A stretch of 64,000 nucleotides of DNA from Eutreptiella sp. 'Long Island Sound 2002' (Eukaryota; Protista; Euglenida), in contig OZ038379.1 of NCBI GenBank assembly GCA_964036045.1, forward strand, positions 19,654,001-19,718,000, in the 5' to 3' direction. Under the pieces are notes generated by a model. It did not search any database. It was not told the origin of the DNA and was given only the letters and a program-made list of their open reading frames with translations. A program made the position numbers and the translations under genes. Positions 35,901 through 47,190 of the stretch are shown piece by piece; the first letter of the stretch is position 1, and every line of letters begins with the position of its first letter.

Positions 35901-38900
35901 GCACTGCTGGCCAGAGTTGCGGTCCGTCACCACCGCAAGCTGGTGTACCCCTCTGGGAACCCGGTGGTCCCGGTGCCCCCTGTGCAGCACGAGACGGTGC
36001 ACGTAAAGATGGACAGTGGGGAGCGGATGGTGTATCTTTCGCTGTTCCGTGCCGTTCGGCAGCAGGTCGTTCCGTACGCCTCTGTGCGCCTCTTCGAGTG
36101 GTGATGTGCTTTGCTGTGCCCCCGTCACGGGGACAGACGCAGGCGGGTCTTCCAACCTCGGGGCGGAGGCGGGGGGTTTCATCGAGCTCCTTTCAGGGGC
36201 CCGCAGGCGCCCTTCCAAAATGCTGGCGTTCGGAGCCGGTGTGGGCTGGTAGAGGGGCAACGGGGGAGGGAAGTTTATCACAAGAAACAACCTGTGGGTT
36301 AATTTCTCTTGCAATATTTCCTCCCTTTTTTAACGCAAAGACTCTTGGTTGCCCCAAAGAAAAAGGAATTGCTTTAATTTATGTGAAGATCTTGGGCTGC
36401 TTTCTTGGTTCTAGCCAAAGCCATAATGAGTCCACGTGGTGCACTGCATGATTGGGATTTGGGAGCTTCCAACTGCATTTGCATGTGCCTCTATTGATGT
36501 CACCATTTGATCCAGTGGGTCCATCAAATTTTCAACAGGACCATTTGCAGAAATACATCACGCCTGTCATAAAGTGGCATGTGGAGCTTCAGAGGAACTT
36601 GTGCAACCTTTTCCCCATCTTTTCAGCAATGGCGTGCATGCGGGCTTTTGCCTTCATTTTCTGCTATCATCAATGTACCTGTACACATCCCCCCCCCCAC
36701 CCCCTCCACCCTGGTACAAACTTGTGCCTTGGGACTGGGACAGTCGCCACAGAGCTGGCCATGAGGGCAAAACGAACAAAGGCGACCTGCGCACACACTA
36801 GGCACAGAGAATTCATTGTTGGTACAGAAAACGCCCATGGCGGCATGATGGTCAGTGTGGCCTCCGAAAGGCTCAGCTGCCCGGCGGGAGCTCCTGGAAC
36901 CGGTCACTCAGGTCTCCCACATGCACGTTGGGATGCACTCAGCCACAGAGTGGGGCATGTTGTGCTGTTCCCTCCAGGCAAGGGGCCGTCACCAACGTTT
37001 TTTCACAGCTGCCTCAAGAGAACCCCCACCGTTGGGTAAAGCTGAGCTGTCCTAGTCCGAAAGGGGGGGGGGGGCTAAGTACGGTGCTGGTGGGTACTTC
37101 CGGGTGTACGCACTGGTTTGAGGTTTCAGGAGGACATTGTCTTTGTTGCTTGTCCACAGACGGTGGGGCAATTTGTTTTCGGTAGGTCAGAGTGGGACAC
37201 TTGTCTGCTCACAGGTGCTGCTTCTGCCCTTTGGCATCCCTCTCTTGCTAGCACTGGCATGCCTCATACGAAGGCCTCCCGTGAAGTGTGGAGGGTGCTC
37301 ACCACCAGTGTGCGTCAGGCATTCGTACAGTGTCAGGCTGGAATTGGGAGGTCGGATCAATGAAGAGGCACCCCGCGCCTTCGCCCCTCCGCGCGTTTAC
37401 AGCTCCTTTACCCTCCCAACCATGCGAGCCCTCCTAGTGCCTATTTGTAGGTGCTATTACATTGGCACCTGAATGTTGACTCGCAATCGTCTGATGACGG
37501 TTGTCACCCTCCAGCGGGTCTCCCCATCGGTCTATTGTCAAAAAACACCGTCCAGCCGTGCTCACAATCAGTCGCACATGTCTCAAAGGCGGCAAAGCTG
37601 GCTGACTGCGCATTCATTGCTTCTGTGGGCTGGTCTGTAAACATACCTGGCATTGACGGATTGTTCAACCAACCGTGCTACAAAACAGTGTAAATGTGCT
37701 CGTGAGGTGCCCACCAGCGCCCACTGTATGTCACACAGGGCCATGGGGATCCGGATCGCCGAGTGTTACCCATTGGTGGTGCGCGGCATGTCCTGTGCAT
37801 TTTGCCTTATGGGGAGAAGGAATGATGGCAGTGTGGTCCGTGGACATGGCCATCCGGTTCCTTGTGTGGGAGGGGCCGAATCGCGGAACGGGAGGGCGCT
37901 GTCCCTTAAAGGGGATGCGAATAGTGGGTGGCTCAGAGAGGGGGCGGAATTGACGGACCAGTGCTCCTTCACTGGACCAAGCTTCGTTTGTTGGTGGGGG
38001 CGGGGGCGGGTGTGGGGTCAAGACTCCCAAATCGCCTATGGAACGGGGCTGTATTAAGTTCTGGGATCAGGGTGCACGCACAGAAAATGTACAGGCTCGA
38101 AGGCTCTGCCAAAGGCGACAGACCACAGGGGGACGGGGCCTCATCGGGAATGACAAGAGTTCACAACAATGGTCGATAGCGTGGTGCAACCCAATCCCCT
38201 GAACTTTGGGGTACTGGGGTATCGGTTTTGGCGTTCCCCATGTTTGTGCATGTGAGATGCACAAGTACATGCACAGAGTATGGCACGGAGTGATGGAGTG
38301 TGCAATGTGTGTCCCCACGTTTGGGCTTCCCCAGCAATGCACTGAGGAGTGCCCGGAGGGATCCACGGCACGGACCACCACCAACATATTTTTGCAGAGA
38401 ATCGCCGCTTCACTCCCACCACGCAGCCTCCAGTACGGATCAATCATGCTTGCCCCCGGGGCCCTCCCCCAAACGTCTTCCCCTCATCCCTGTGACATGT
38501 TTGTTTCCCCTGTTACGACGGAAGGCCTGTCAAGTGCGATGGGTATCCCATGCACCTGTCGGCCATCTGTGCTTCTTGTGGTCTGTTTGGGGCGCTCACT
38601 ACACAGCCAGTGACCTGTGCCCCTGCCCTTTGCCCCTTGGGTCCCTTCAGGAGCAGCCGTGTGCATCATCCCCCTCCCCCCCCCCCTGCATTGGTGCATC
38701 AGGTACAGTCCGCCGGGCCAGACGACATGGTCCGGGTGTTGGGCGGCCTCTCGCAGCTGCGGCGGTTCTGTTCACACCCGAAGAATTTGCAGTGGCGCTT
38801 TGCAGTCGAATCCGACGACGCCCCAAAAGAGCGGTGACTCCCTTCCCAGCGTGCAAGTGTCTGGATGGGCCTTTGCGATCCATGCTTTGGGGGTCCGGAA

Positions 38901-40917
38901 ATCCCCCTCATTGCACGGTCCTCCTCTCCCTCACAGGTTGCTGCATCGCTGGCAGAAACTCGAGATCGGAGGCTTGCAGCAATTCTTGACTGACGCAGGT
39001 TTGGGGGAGCAGCCGGCGAAGGAGGAGGTCCAGCGGGCCATGACAGACTGCCTGGACTGCCCGATCTGCTTCAACGATATTGCGATCGACCCCTTCAGTC
39101 CCCCGGGGTGGCTCAGGTGTGCAGCGGGCAGGAGACCCGCAGAGGTCATGTCCGCGGCTGCCAACTTTGGAAGTACAAGTGCCCTCGGCCCATGCGACTG
39201 GCAGAGAGTTCCCCTGCCGGTAGTCTGGCAGGGGAACTCTCTGTCCGGAAAGGGTGACGTTTCCGCACGGCGCATGTGTCACTACCGCAATCGAGTGGGG
39301 GGATGGGGGTCAGCCTTCCCGATCCCCCAGAACGAGGTTATGTAGGCCAATCCTTCACTTGGTGCGCCTGAACAGGGCGGTGGGTGTCCGCCCCCCCCAG
39401 GTTTTGTGTTCCACAAATTGAGGACCTGCGGGCCCTGGTTGGGGGGACTTCCTTCCCGGTGTACCCCCCTGTTTTTCAAGATTGACCTCCAGAATGTGTA
39501 CTGGTCGGTGCTGTTGCCCGGGGCAGGGGGGGGCTGGCAGCTTGTGGGCCAGGGATGTCAGGGACCTGGTCAGTCACCATTCGGATACCCAGATCAACAT
39601 CGCTGAATATTGATCACCACTGGACTGGGCAGGGGGCGGCTGCAGGGGTGTGTTGGACAACAGGACACGCTGCTGCGGTTGCCGTGCCAGTGCTCGGCGG
39701 ATGCGGGTGGATCGCTGCGTGGGTCCGCCGCACGGCACTCAGGCACAGCGGAGGGCAGCAGCGTGGCTCCTGGTCCTCCGAATGGGACTGGGACGGCTGA
39801 CGCACGCACACCTGTGGTCAGTACGCCAGTGCGCACGATGAGGGATCACTGGCATGGCACACTTGCAGTCCTCAGGGCAGGGGGTGATGGGCCTCTGCAA
39901 GTTCGTGGGTGAGTGGTCGCTCGGGTGCCTCCCCCTTACGCAAAAGTCTGCCCCGTCTGCGGAATTTGGGGCAGTACGGTTTCGGCGCTTGAACACCCCC
40001 CCTCCCCCCTGCCTTGCCCCCCCCCACCCCCCCATCGTGGACCAAACCCGGGGCAATCTTCGGCTCTGGGAGCCAGCGCACACGTGCCGGGGGAAGGTCG
40101 GGATTCAATGGAGGGTGCAGGGCTGTGAGGGCATCTTTGTTCTGGAGAGTGATGGTGGCAGGGCATGCCGTTGTTGCAAGGGCTTGTGCGGGGTTTCAGG
40201 TGCGGGCATTGCATTTGCTGCCGCTGCGCGAAGACGACGCTGCCGACCAAATGCCCGGCCTGCGGACAGCACTGCAAGGACACCGATTATGGGGTGGTGA
40301 CGACCGAATTCCCTCCGCCGCCCCTGGCCTCTGCCGCCCGCCTGCCGGATGGCGAACAGGACATGAAGTCGCGTGCGGAGATGGAGGCCGCGCTGGCCGA
40401 GCTGCGGACCGAGGCTCGGTCGCCGAAGGTCAGGGCCATTCTGGCGAAGCTGCATCAGATCCGCAGCACCAACCCTCAGGCAAAGGTTGTGGTCTTCACG
40501 CAGTGGAGGGGCATGCGCGAGTGCATCGCCCACGCCCTGCGTGAGGAGCAAATCGGATTCTGCGAAGTCCCCACAACACCAGGGCCACAGCAGACCGTAG
40601 CCAGCAGAGGCCCCCCGAACGCGGATGCCGCGGTTTTTCTGACATTGCTGCGCCCGACGGCGGTGAAACCGAAGGTGGAAATGTTGTCAGCGCACTACAT
40701 CTTGTTCGCTGACGTCTGTGTGGCCGCAGATCTGCTGGCCCAGGCCCAAGACAGCTGCTGTGGATTGGAGCAGGTGGATGCCATGAAGATTGTGACATTT
40801 GTGATGGAGGGGTCTGTGGAGGACGAACTTCATCGGCGGATGGAGAACAAAGACCCAGTGCTGGAGTCCAAAGCTTTGCAGGAGCTGTTTGACACGCAGA
40901 ACCAGTGTAACCCTTGA
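31848..40917 (+). CDS. RAD5/RAD16-like SNF2-family protein with NZF finger, UBA-like repeats and inserted RING, degenerate ATPase motifs: join(31848..32918,35388..36065,38703..38833,38937..39107,40200..40917), about 922 aa
   Basis: YQQQTVTWM..GGIIATETGMGK (motif I), ADVVLST, WDRVIYDEAH (II), WALTGT (III), LSQLRRFCSHP, RING CPIC..CGHCICCRC..CPAC, SPKV..AKVVVFTQW (IV), TFVMEGSVED. GT-AG phases are consistent (0,0,2,2); 2769 nt including TGA. Confidence 0.88.
32475..32556 (+). repeat. Coding (AGC)17 plus (GGC)n repeats giving poly-Ser and poly-Gly
   Basis: Direct reading within exon 1. Confidence 0.95.
34585..34905. repeat. Poly-C/poly-G-bounded interspersed repeat in the SNF2-RING intron 1
   Basis: ccttcggccaatcaaaaattttcttcggcgcctttggcgcc core with internal ggcgcc duplications, flanked by G and C homopolymers. 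No second copy in the window. Confidence 0.45.
35388..36065 (+). CDS. SNF2-RING gene exon 2 (DEAH, motif III)
   Basis: CCCTTCCTCGTGTGCAG| acceptor in phase 0 joins WKTE|LSRCCSGLRIVTYC, matching the family pattern. CAG|GTCGTT donor. Confidence 0.85.
38703..38833 (+). CDS. SNF2-RING gene exon 3
   Basis: Poly-C tract then CATCAG|. LSQLRRFCSHP. CG|GTGACT donor. Confidence 0.8.
38937..39107 (+). CDS. SNF2-RING gene exon 4 (first half of RING)
   Basis: CTCCCTCACAG| acceptor in phase 2. DCPICFNDIAIDPFSPPG. Donor at 39108, with an alternative at 39117. Confidence 0.8.
40200..40917 (+). CDS. SNF2-RING gene exon 5 (second half of RING, helicase C-terminal lobe)
   Basis: TTTCAG| acceptor in phase 2. 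CGHCICCRC..KCPAC..KVVVFTQW. TGA at 40915-40917. Confidence 0.85.
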
Positions 40918-43000
40918 CGCACTGATGCCTCTCAATACCGTAGGCTCAGAGATATGCCAAAGTACGACAAGGTTGTGAGGGAAGTGCTGCATCTGGGAGG
41001 CAACCCCTTCTTTTGACTGCAGGCGAATGTGGAGCGGACTTCCTTTTTTGCCTCCATCTTCTCGAAGTAGCAGAATCAAATCTTTCCAGACACCGACCCA
41101 CATCTTAGCGCATGCTCTTCTCAGCGCTTGTGGGCGCTGGGGGCTCCATGATCCACTGAGCAGCTGCTCTGATCTTGCACATGATTGTGCGCATTATTTG
41201 CAGAGGCGTCAGCCCTGTTGCAGGGGAATTGCGTCTGCATCCAAAATGAATCACATGCTCACAGCCAGGCTGCCCAATTTTGCGCACATCCTTGGGCTTC
41301 CCAGAATCCTCCCTTCCTGATTCGGGGTGTTCTATTCAAGCACAACAGCTGACCACCTTTGCCCGTGAATCATCATTGCTACAGTCTTGTGCACTAGTGT
41401 TGCCAGAAGGGAATAGGTCATGCACAAGGAAGTTCGCAGCCCTTCCCCAATCTTCTCTCCTAAAAGAGCAAAAGCCAGACACAATGTTGTTTTGGCTTGT
41501 CTTCAGAAGGTCGATTCAGGTTCGACCAGAGCTCTCAAGATGCTCCCACCCCCAGTTGCAGCAGGATCCATTACACATGACCCCAGCACTGATTCATGTT
41601 TCACATTGGATAAAAAGTGAGACGCAAGACTTCAAATACTTGCAGACAGTAGCAGTACAAACCCATCATTCTGCTGTAAATAAAAGCCACAAGAGCCCCC
41701 TGAAATCTTTTCCTTGACCTTGTTGATTACCATGGGTCACCCCGTTGTCTAGGAAGGAATACCATGGTCGCGCTTCATGTGGGGCCTTCTTCAGGGCCGA
41801 AAACTCCAGGAGCCATCTCCCAAAGGGCGCCTGACACAGACACACACACACACACACAGACGGACACACGTCAACTGTGCATATCTGGTACAACCGGTAA
41901 TACCCCCCGCACACAGGGCACGGCAGTCGTCAGCTAGCCCAGCAGCAGGGCCGCAAAGCACCAGGGTTGTTGGAAACCCTGTCGCCGATTGCAACAAGAC
42001 CATGGACAGAAGCTTGCGGAAAGTTAAGCAGGGTGGCTGATTTTTGCATGCCCTGGGACGAAAAGGTACCAGGTATCACCGCAGGTATTGGTCAAGTTAC
42101 CTGCTCCCCTTTTGGTGCTCGTGCAGACTGCCCAACTGGCACTGCCCTTTGGCACCGTGGTTTGCTCCGGGGCCGCACTCTCGCCACTTCCCTCGAGAGG
42201 CCGCTGCAGGTACCAATGGCCATGTCAGGGGCATTCAGTCAATCAGAACCAACCATTGCTCTCTATCTCTTAAAAGATTAGGCCAAGATTTTGCTTCAGC
42301 ACTTTCGGCGCGATTGATCCACGTAGTGGCTGCTTTGTACTCGGTACTGCATTTCTTGTTCATCTATTGTTACCTGTCATTCTTACAACCCCCCCCCTAA
42401 GGGCGCACTGGGTCTGCTATGCATACACGGCCGCCGAGGGGGGGCTTTCGCAGTACGTTGGCGTGGTGCACAGCGACGGGTTCGTCCCAAGACCCGGCCG
42501 CTTTGGGTTTCTACCAGACACTAGGCACTTCTGCGGGCCATGGGGTGGTATGCCGTGGCTCCAATTTGTGGCGTCCAATACATTATGTGCGCGTCAAAGC
42601 AACACTTGTGACAGACCAAGCATTAAACACCACAAATTTCTTTTTGGGGGTACAGTACAACACACTCATGACCAGGTAGTGTTTTTCTGCACGACATCCA
42701 CGTGAAGGCCCGTGCGTGCCGACTGCAGACCCGTAGATCTCGTGCTTGCTGCTTGCGGTGCTTGATTGTAGCACTAGTCGGGCTGCAGGTCTTTTCGTAG
42801 GTACAAATGTCATCATGTTCACTGCGAACCTTTTCGAATGGTCAACAGATCCTCCCTTGAAACCAACCAAGTAACGCCCCGTAAGGGGGCAAAACTCAGG
42901 CACGCGTGCGCAATCATGTGCTCTCCTTCTTCCTGCTGGTCAGACGGTCGGCATTGTCGGTCGTAAAAATAGCACACACGAGGGCCATATGTATGATATT

Positions 43001-43030
43001 GCTCTTGCTCTTGCTCTTGCTCTTGCTCTT
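43001..43030. repeat. (GCTCTT)5 hexamer repeat
   Basis: Direct reading. Confidence 0.9.
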
Positions 43031-44539
43031 GAACCCATGTGATCATATCTTAATGGGTTTGTGAGTGTTCTCAAGGGTTCTAAGTGTGAACCATACACTG
43101 TAGCACCATGACAGCCATGGAGAAAAGTGGTAACTGCGGATGGGGGGTGAGATGGCGCAATGTGCACTGCGACACTGCCATTTGTGCTGTGCTCCTGCCC
43201 ACCGTTTAGCTACAGCAGCGTGATTTGGCCTGAAACGCGGAGAGACAATCGAGACTGTGAGCCTAGAGCCCATGAACCTGCAGTGGAGCTTCCCGCAACG
43301 TGATGCTGTTATGGTCGCCATACCCATCCGTAAAGCAGGGGCCACCATGCTGTGCATCATCCCACGAGGCAGGCACACCCTCTGCCCCGAGGCCAACAGA
43401 CTGTTGGCGCACACGAATGTCAAAACACTGCTTCTGTGCGACAAGGGCTGCGGCAAGCCTTGTAACGGACCTTGTCGCAGGTTTCGATCAACTCGTAAAA
43501 GGACTGCAAAGGAGCGTTGCCCTTCATTGGATCATGATACCACCCCTTTCTCGATGCCTTTGGTCCTGGGGACCCACCCGTTCTGGTTCTCGACCGTTTC
43601 GGTGATCACCGCCGCAATCACAGGAACAATGGTCAAGTCCCTGGAGATCTTAGGCCGTGGTGTGTGCGTGTGGTGTGTGTTGGATACTGACACAGAATGC
43701 GAGTGCCCAATGCTGCAGACTTGGAAGATAGAACACCCGCATATTGTCTGCAGGGAGCTGTCCGAACCAGACATGCCACTGTGTGCTGATGCCACAGTGC
43801 CGGGAATATCTGTCTTCCTATGTCACAGACACGCGTGAATGGCCCTCTCTGCTGGCCTCCTTTCAGTGGCAAATTGACCAGCAGTCATTTGCTGTGCTCT
43901 CCGCCGGACCTCTTTGACTCAGACCCACTTCTCGGAGCACGGCTGCTGTATAGCAACCGCGCGCACGGCCGTGGCACGATGCACGCAATGAGGGCCAGCG
44001 TTTCATGACAGGCAGGGCACACCTCTGGTAAACATGACCTCTAAATTCTTGGTGATGTCTTTGAATGGGAGCCACTCGCGTCAGGCAGGGGAACTTTGTT
44101 TCGTTGGCAATCAGCCCCGCACCATTTGCAGACCAGTCATGTCACATCCGGAACTCAGTGGGAACCAGCTGTAGGGAGGTTGCAGCAGAATGGGCGTTGG
44201 GCACTTGGTGGACCACATAATGGCAACTTTCAGCCACCAGTTTGTGCACTTTGCATGTCCCTTTAAAGTCTGTGTGTTTGCAGACTGTGGTCCCAAACAC
44301 TGCTCCCCAACACAACAAAACAAAGTGCGCGTCAAAGGTGATATTCTCAAACACAATTCACAAACCAATTATCCTATTCAAAAACCCAACCCTCATGCTG
44401 TCTGTTTGCAAAAGTTGAAAGAGGCAACGTGGTTCCAAAAGCGGTTCCAAAAGCGCTCTTTGTTGAAACTGCATTTCCAAATTAAAAATTCAAGAGATGT
44501 TATGTTTGCATTCAAGTCAACATGTCTAGATGACAAGTA

Positions 44540-45000
44540 CAAGCTAATTCAAAAAAATTCTTGCCATTTTAATAAGTATGTTGCCTACATGGGACATGTG
44601 ATAATTGAGGATGTCTCATCGCAATACCCATCATAACAATTTGTCCGCATCCAGTGCAATTTTTCTGAGTCGAACAATTTGAACTGGTCACAGAACTGAT
44701 TTGGGACCCAATTGAGAAATTGCCATCAACTTGTAAGGTAAAGTTTCTAGTTACCTCCCTGTGTGGTGATCCAAGATTGACAACTCCTTCACAGCGGTGA
44801 CAGCCAAATCTTACCAAATGGCATGCATTTTAAGGCCAACAACAGTCGGAGGAGTTACACATGTGGACAGAAGTACACTGAACGCCACAAGTGTACTGTA
44901 CTGCAACATACATTCAGATCAATAGCGCAATCATTTTATGAACTGCCCTTAGGACGTGTGTTGTTGCCAGGCGGCACTGGCGGCACCTGCAAATCGGAAT
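44540..45000 (+). mobile_element. Highly decayed Ty3/Gypsy-like RT/RNase H remnant
   Basis: KNSCHFNKYVAYMGHVII resembles the RT C-terminal KCxF..VxYLGHxI motif. Downstream frames are broken. Confidence 0.3.
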
Positions 45001-45258
45001 CCAACACTGATCCCTGGTGCTCCCACCAAACTCCAAAACGCCATTCCCATGGAGAGTCCCTCACACGTCGTTGCTGCACTGCGCAAGGGATGGGCCAAGA
45101 TTTGCTATGGGCACTAAATGAAGGGTCGTGCTTGGGGCCCATGTTGAAAATGGTATTATCCAAGATCACTTCAAGCCCATGTCACTTGCTTTAGGATGGT
45201 AGCCTTGCAAGTTTATAGCACGGGGGGCACTTTTCAAGAACTTTTGGACGGTGCAAAC

Positions 45259-46905
45259 AGATGGTGCCCATGGGTGGTGCCGACGGATGGTGCCCACGGA
45301 TGGTGCCCACGGATGGTGCTCACGGATGGTGCCCAAGGATGGTGCCCATGGGTGAGGCCCATGGATGATGCCCACGGGTGGTGCCGGGTGAGGCCCATGG
45401 ATGATGCCCACGGGTGGTGCCGGGTGAGGCCCATGGATGATGCCCACGGGTGGTGCGCACGGATGGTGCCCACGGATGGTGCCCACGGAGGGTGCGCACG
45501 GATGGTGCCCACGGATGGCGCCCACAGGTGGTGCCCATGGGTGGTGCTCACGGGTGGTGCCCATGGATGGTGCCCATGGATGGTGGTCACGGATGGTGGT
45601 CACGGATGGTGCGCACGGGTGGTGCCCACGGATGGTGCCCACGGGTGGTGCCCATGGATGGTCCCCACGGATGGTGCTCAGGGATGGTGCCCACGGATGG
45701 TGCCCGCTGCCCACGGATAGTCCCCATGGGTGGTGCCCACGGGTAGTCCCCACGGATGGTGCCCACGGATGGTGCCCCTAGGTGGCACCCCCACCCGGAT
45801 GGTGCCTATGGGTCCCCATGGATGGTCCCCACTGATGGTGCCCACGGACCGGATGGTGCCCACGGATGTTGCCCACGGATGGTGCCCACGGATGTTGCCC
45901 ACGGGTGGTGCCCACGGATGGTGCCCACGGATGTTGCCCACGGATGGTGCCCACGGATGTTGCCCACGGGTGGTGCCCACGGATGGTGCCAACGGATGTT
46001 GCCTATGGGTGGTGCCCAAGGGTGGTGCGCAGAAGTGGTGCCTACAAATGGTGCCTATGGGTGGTCCCCACGGATGGTGCCCACAGATGCTGCCCACAGA
46101 TGCTGCCCACGGATGGTGCCCACGGATGGTGCCCACGGATCCCACCCACGGGTGGTGCCCATGGAGGGTGCCCACGGATGGTGCTCAGGGATGATGCCCA
46201 CGGATGGTGCCCACCGATGGTGCCCACGGATGGTGCCCATTGATGGTGCCCTTGGGTGGTGCCCACGGATGGTGCTCACGGGTGGTGCCCACGGATGGTG
46301 CTCACGGGTGGTGCCCAAGGGTGGTGTGCAGGAGTGGTGCCTACAAATGGTGCCTATGGGTGGTCTCCACGGATGGTCCCCACAAATGGTGCCCACGGAT
46401 CGAATGGTTCCCATGGATGATGCCCATAGATGGTGCGCATGGGTGGTGCCCACCGGTGGTGCACACGGATGGTCGCCACAGATTGTGCCCACGGATGTTG
46501 CCCACGGGTGATGCCCACCATCGTGGGCAACATCCGTGGGCACCACCCGTGCACACCATCCCTACGGAACGTCTGTGGGCTCCATCCGTGGGCACCATCC
46601 ATGGCCCCCATCCGTGGGCATCACCCGTGCGCACCATCTGTGGGTACCATCTGTGCGCACCATCCGTGGGCACCACCCGTGTGCACCATCCCTAGGCACC
46701 ATCTGTGGGCCATGGATGGTGCCCACGGATGTAGCCCACAGACATTCCCCACGGATGGTGCCCACGGTTGGTGCCCACGGGTGATGCCCACGGATGGGGG
46801 CCATGGATGGTGCCCATGGATGGCCCACTGAAGGTGTCTACGGATGGTGCACAGGGATGGTGACCACGGACCCCACCCACGGGTGGTGTCCACGGATGGT
46901 GCCCA
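45259..46905. repeat. 13-bp minisatellite (CCCACGGATGGTG)n, about 1.65 kb, with an internally inverted block (about 46520-46711)
   Basis: More than 100 degenerate units. The strand switches to gggcaccatccgt at about 46520 and back at about 46711. A higher-order duplicate (gtggtgcctacaaatggtgcctatggg) occurs at about 46035 and 46335. Confidence 0.95.
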
Positions 46906-47005
46906 AGAATGGTTGAGGGTAGAGCAATTAATAGTGTGAACTTGATTTTGGAACCGAAAAGTGCCCCATTGAATGTTTTCAACAACCGTTGTTATGTTCC
47001 CAATA

Positions 47006-47190
47006 TCCATTGCCAAGACAAGATTGTGCCACCCAACACACCAACCAAGGTGCCACCTAGCAAGCCATTCAACACTCTACCCGACAACCCACCTAGTATG
47101 TCCATCGGTAGAAAAGCAGCACCCACGAAGGCAGGCTGATACGGGGCCACCCAAGCAAGCCAAAAACAGCACCTAACAGCAAAAAAGGCA
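47006..47190 (+). repeat. Interspersed repeat of about 180 bp, copy 2 (copy 1 at 30622-30800)
   Basis: See copy 1. Confidence 0.85.

Noticed and set aside
45166-47016. Many repetitive ORFs (GAHGWCPRMVPTD, GHHPWAP)
   Set aside because: These are by-products of a stop-poor 13-bp satellite that is open in several frames on both strands.
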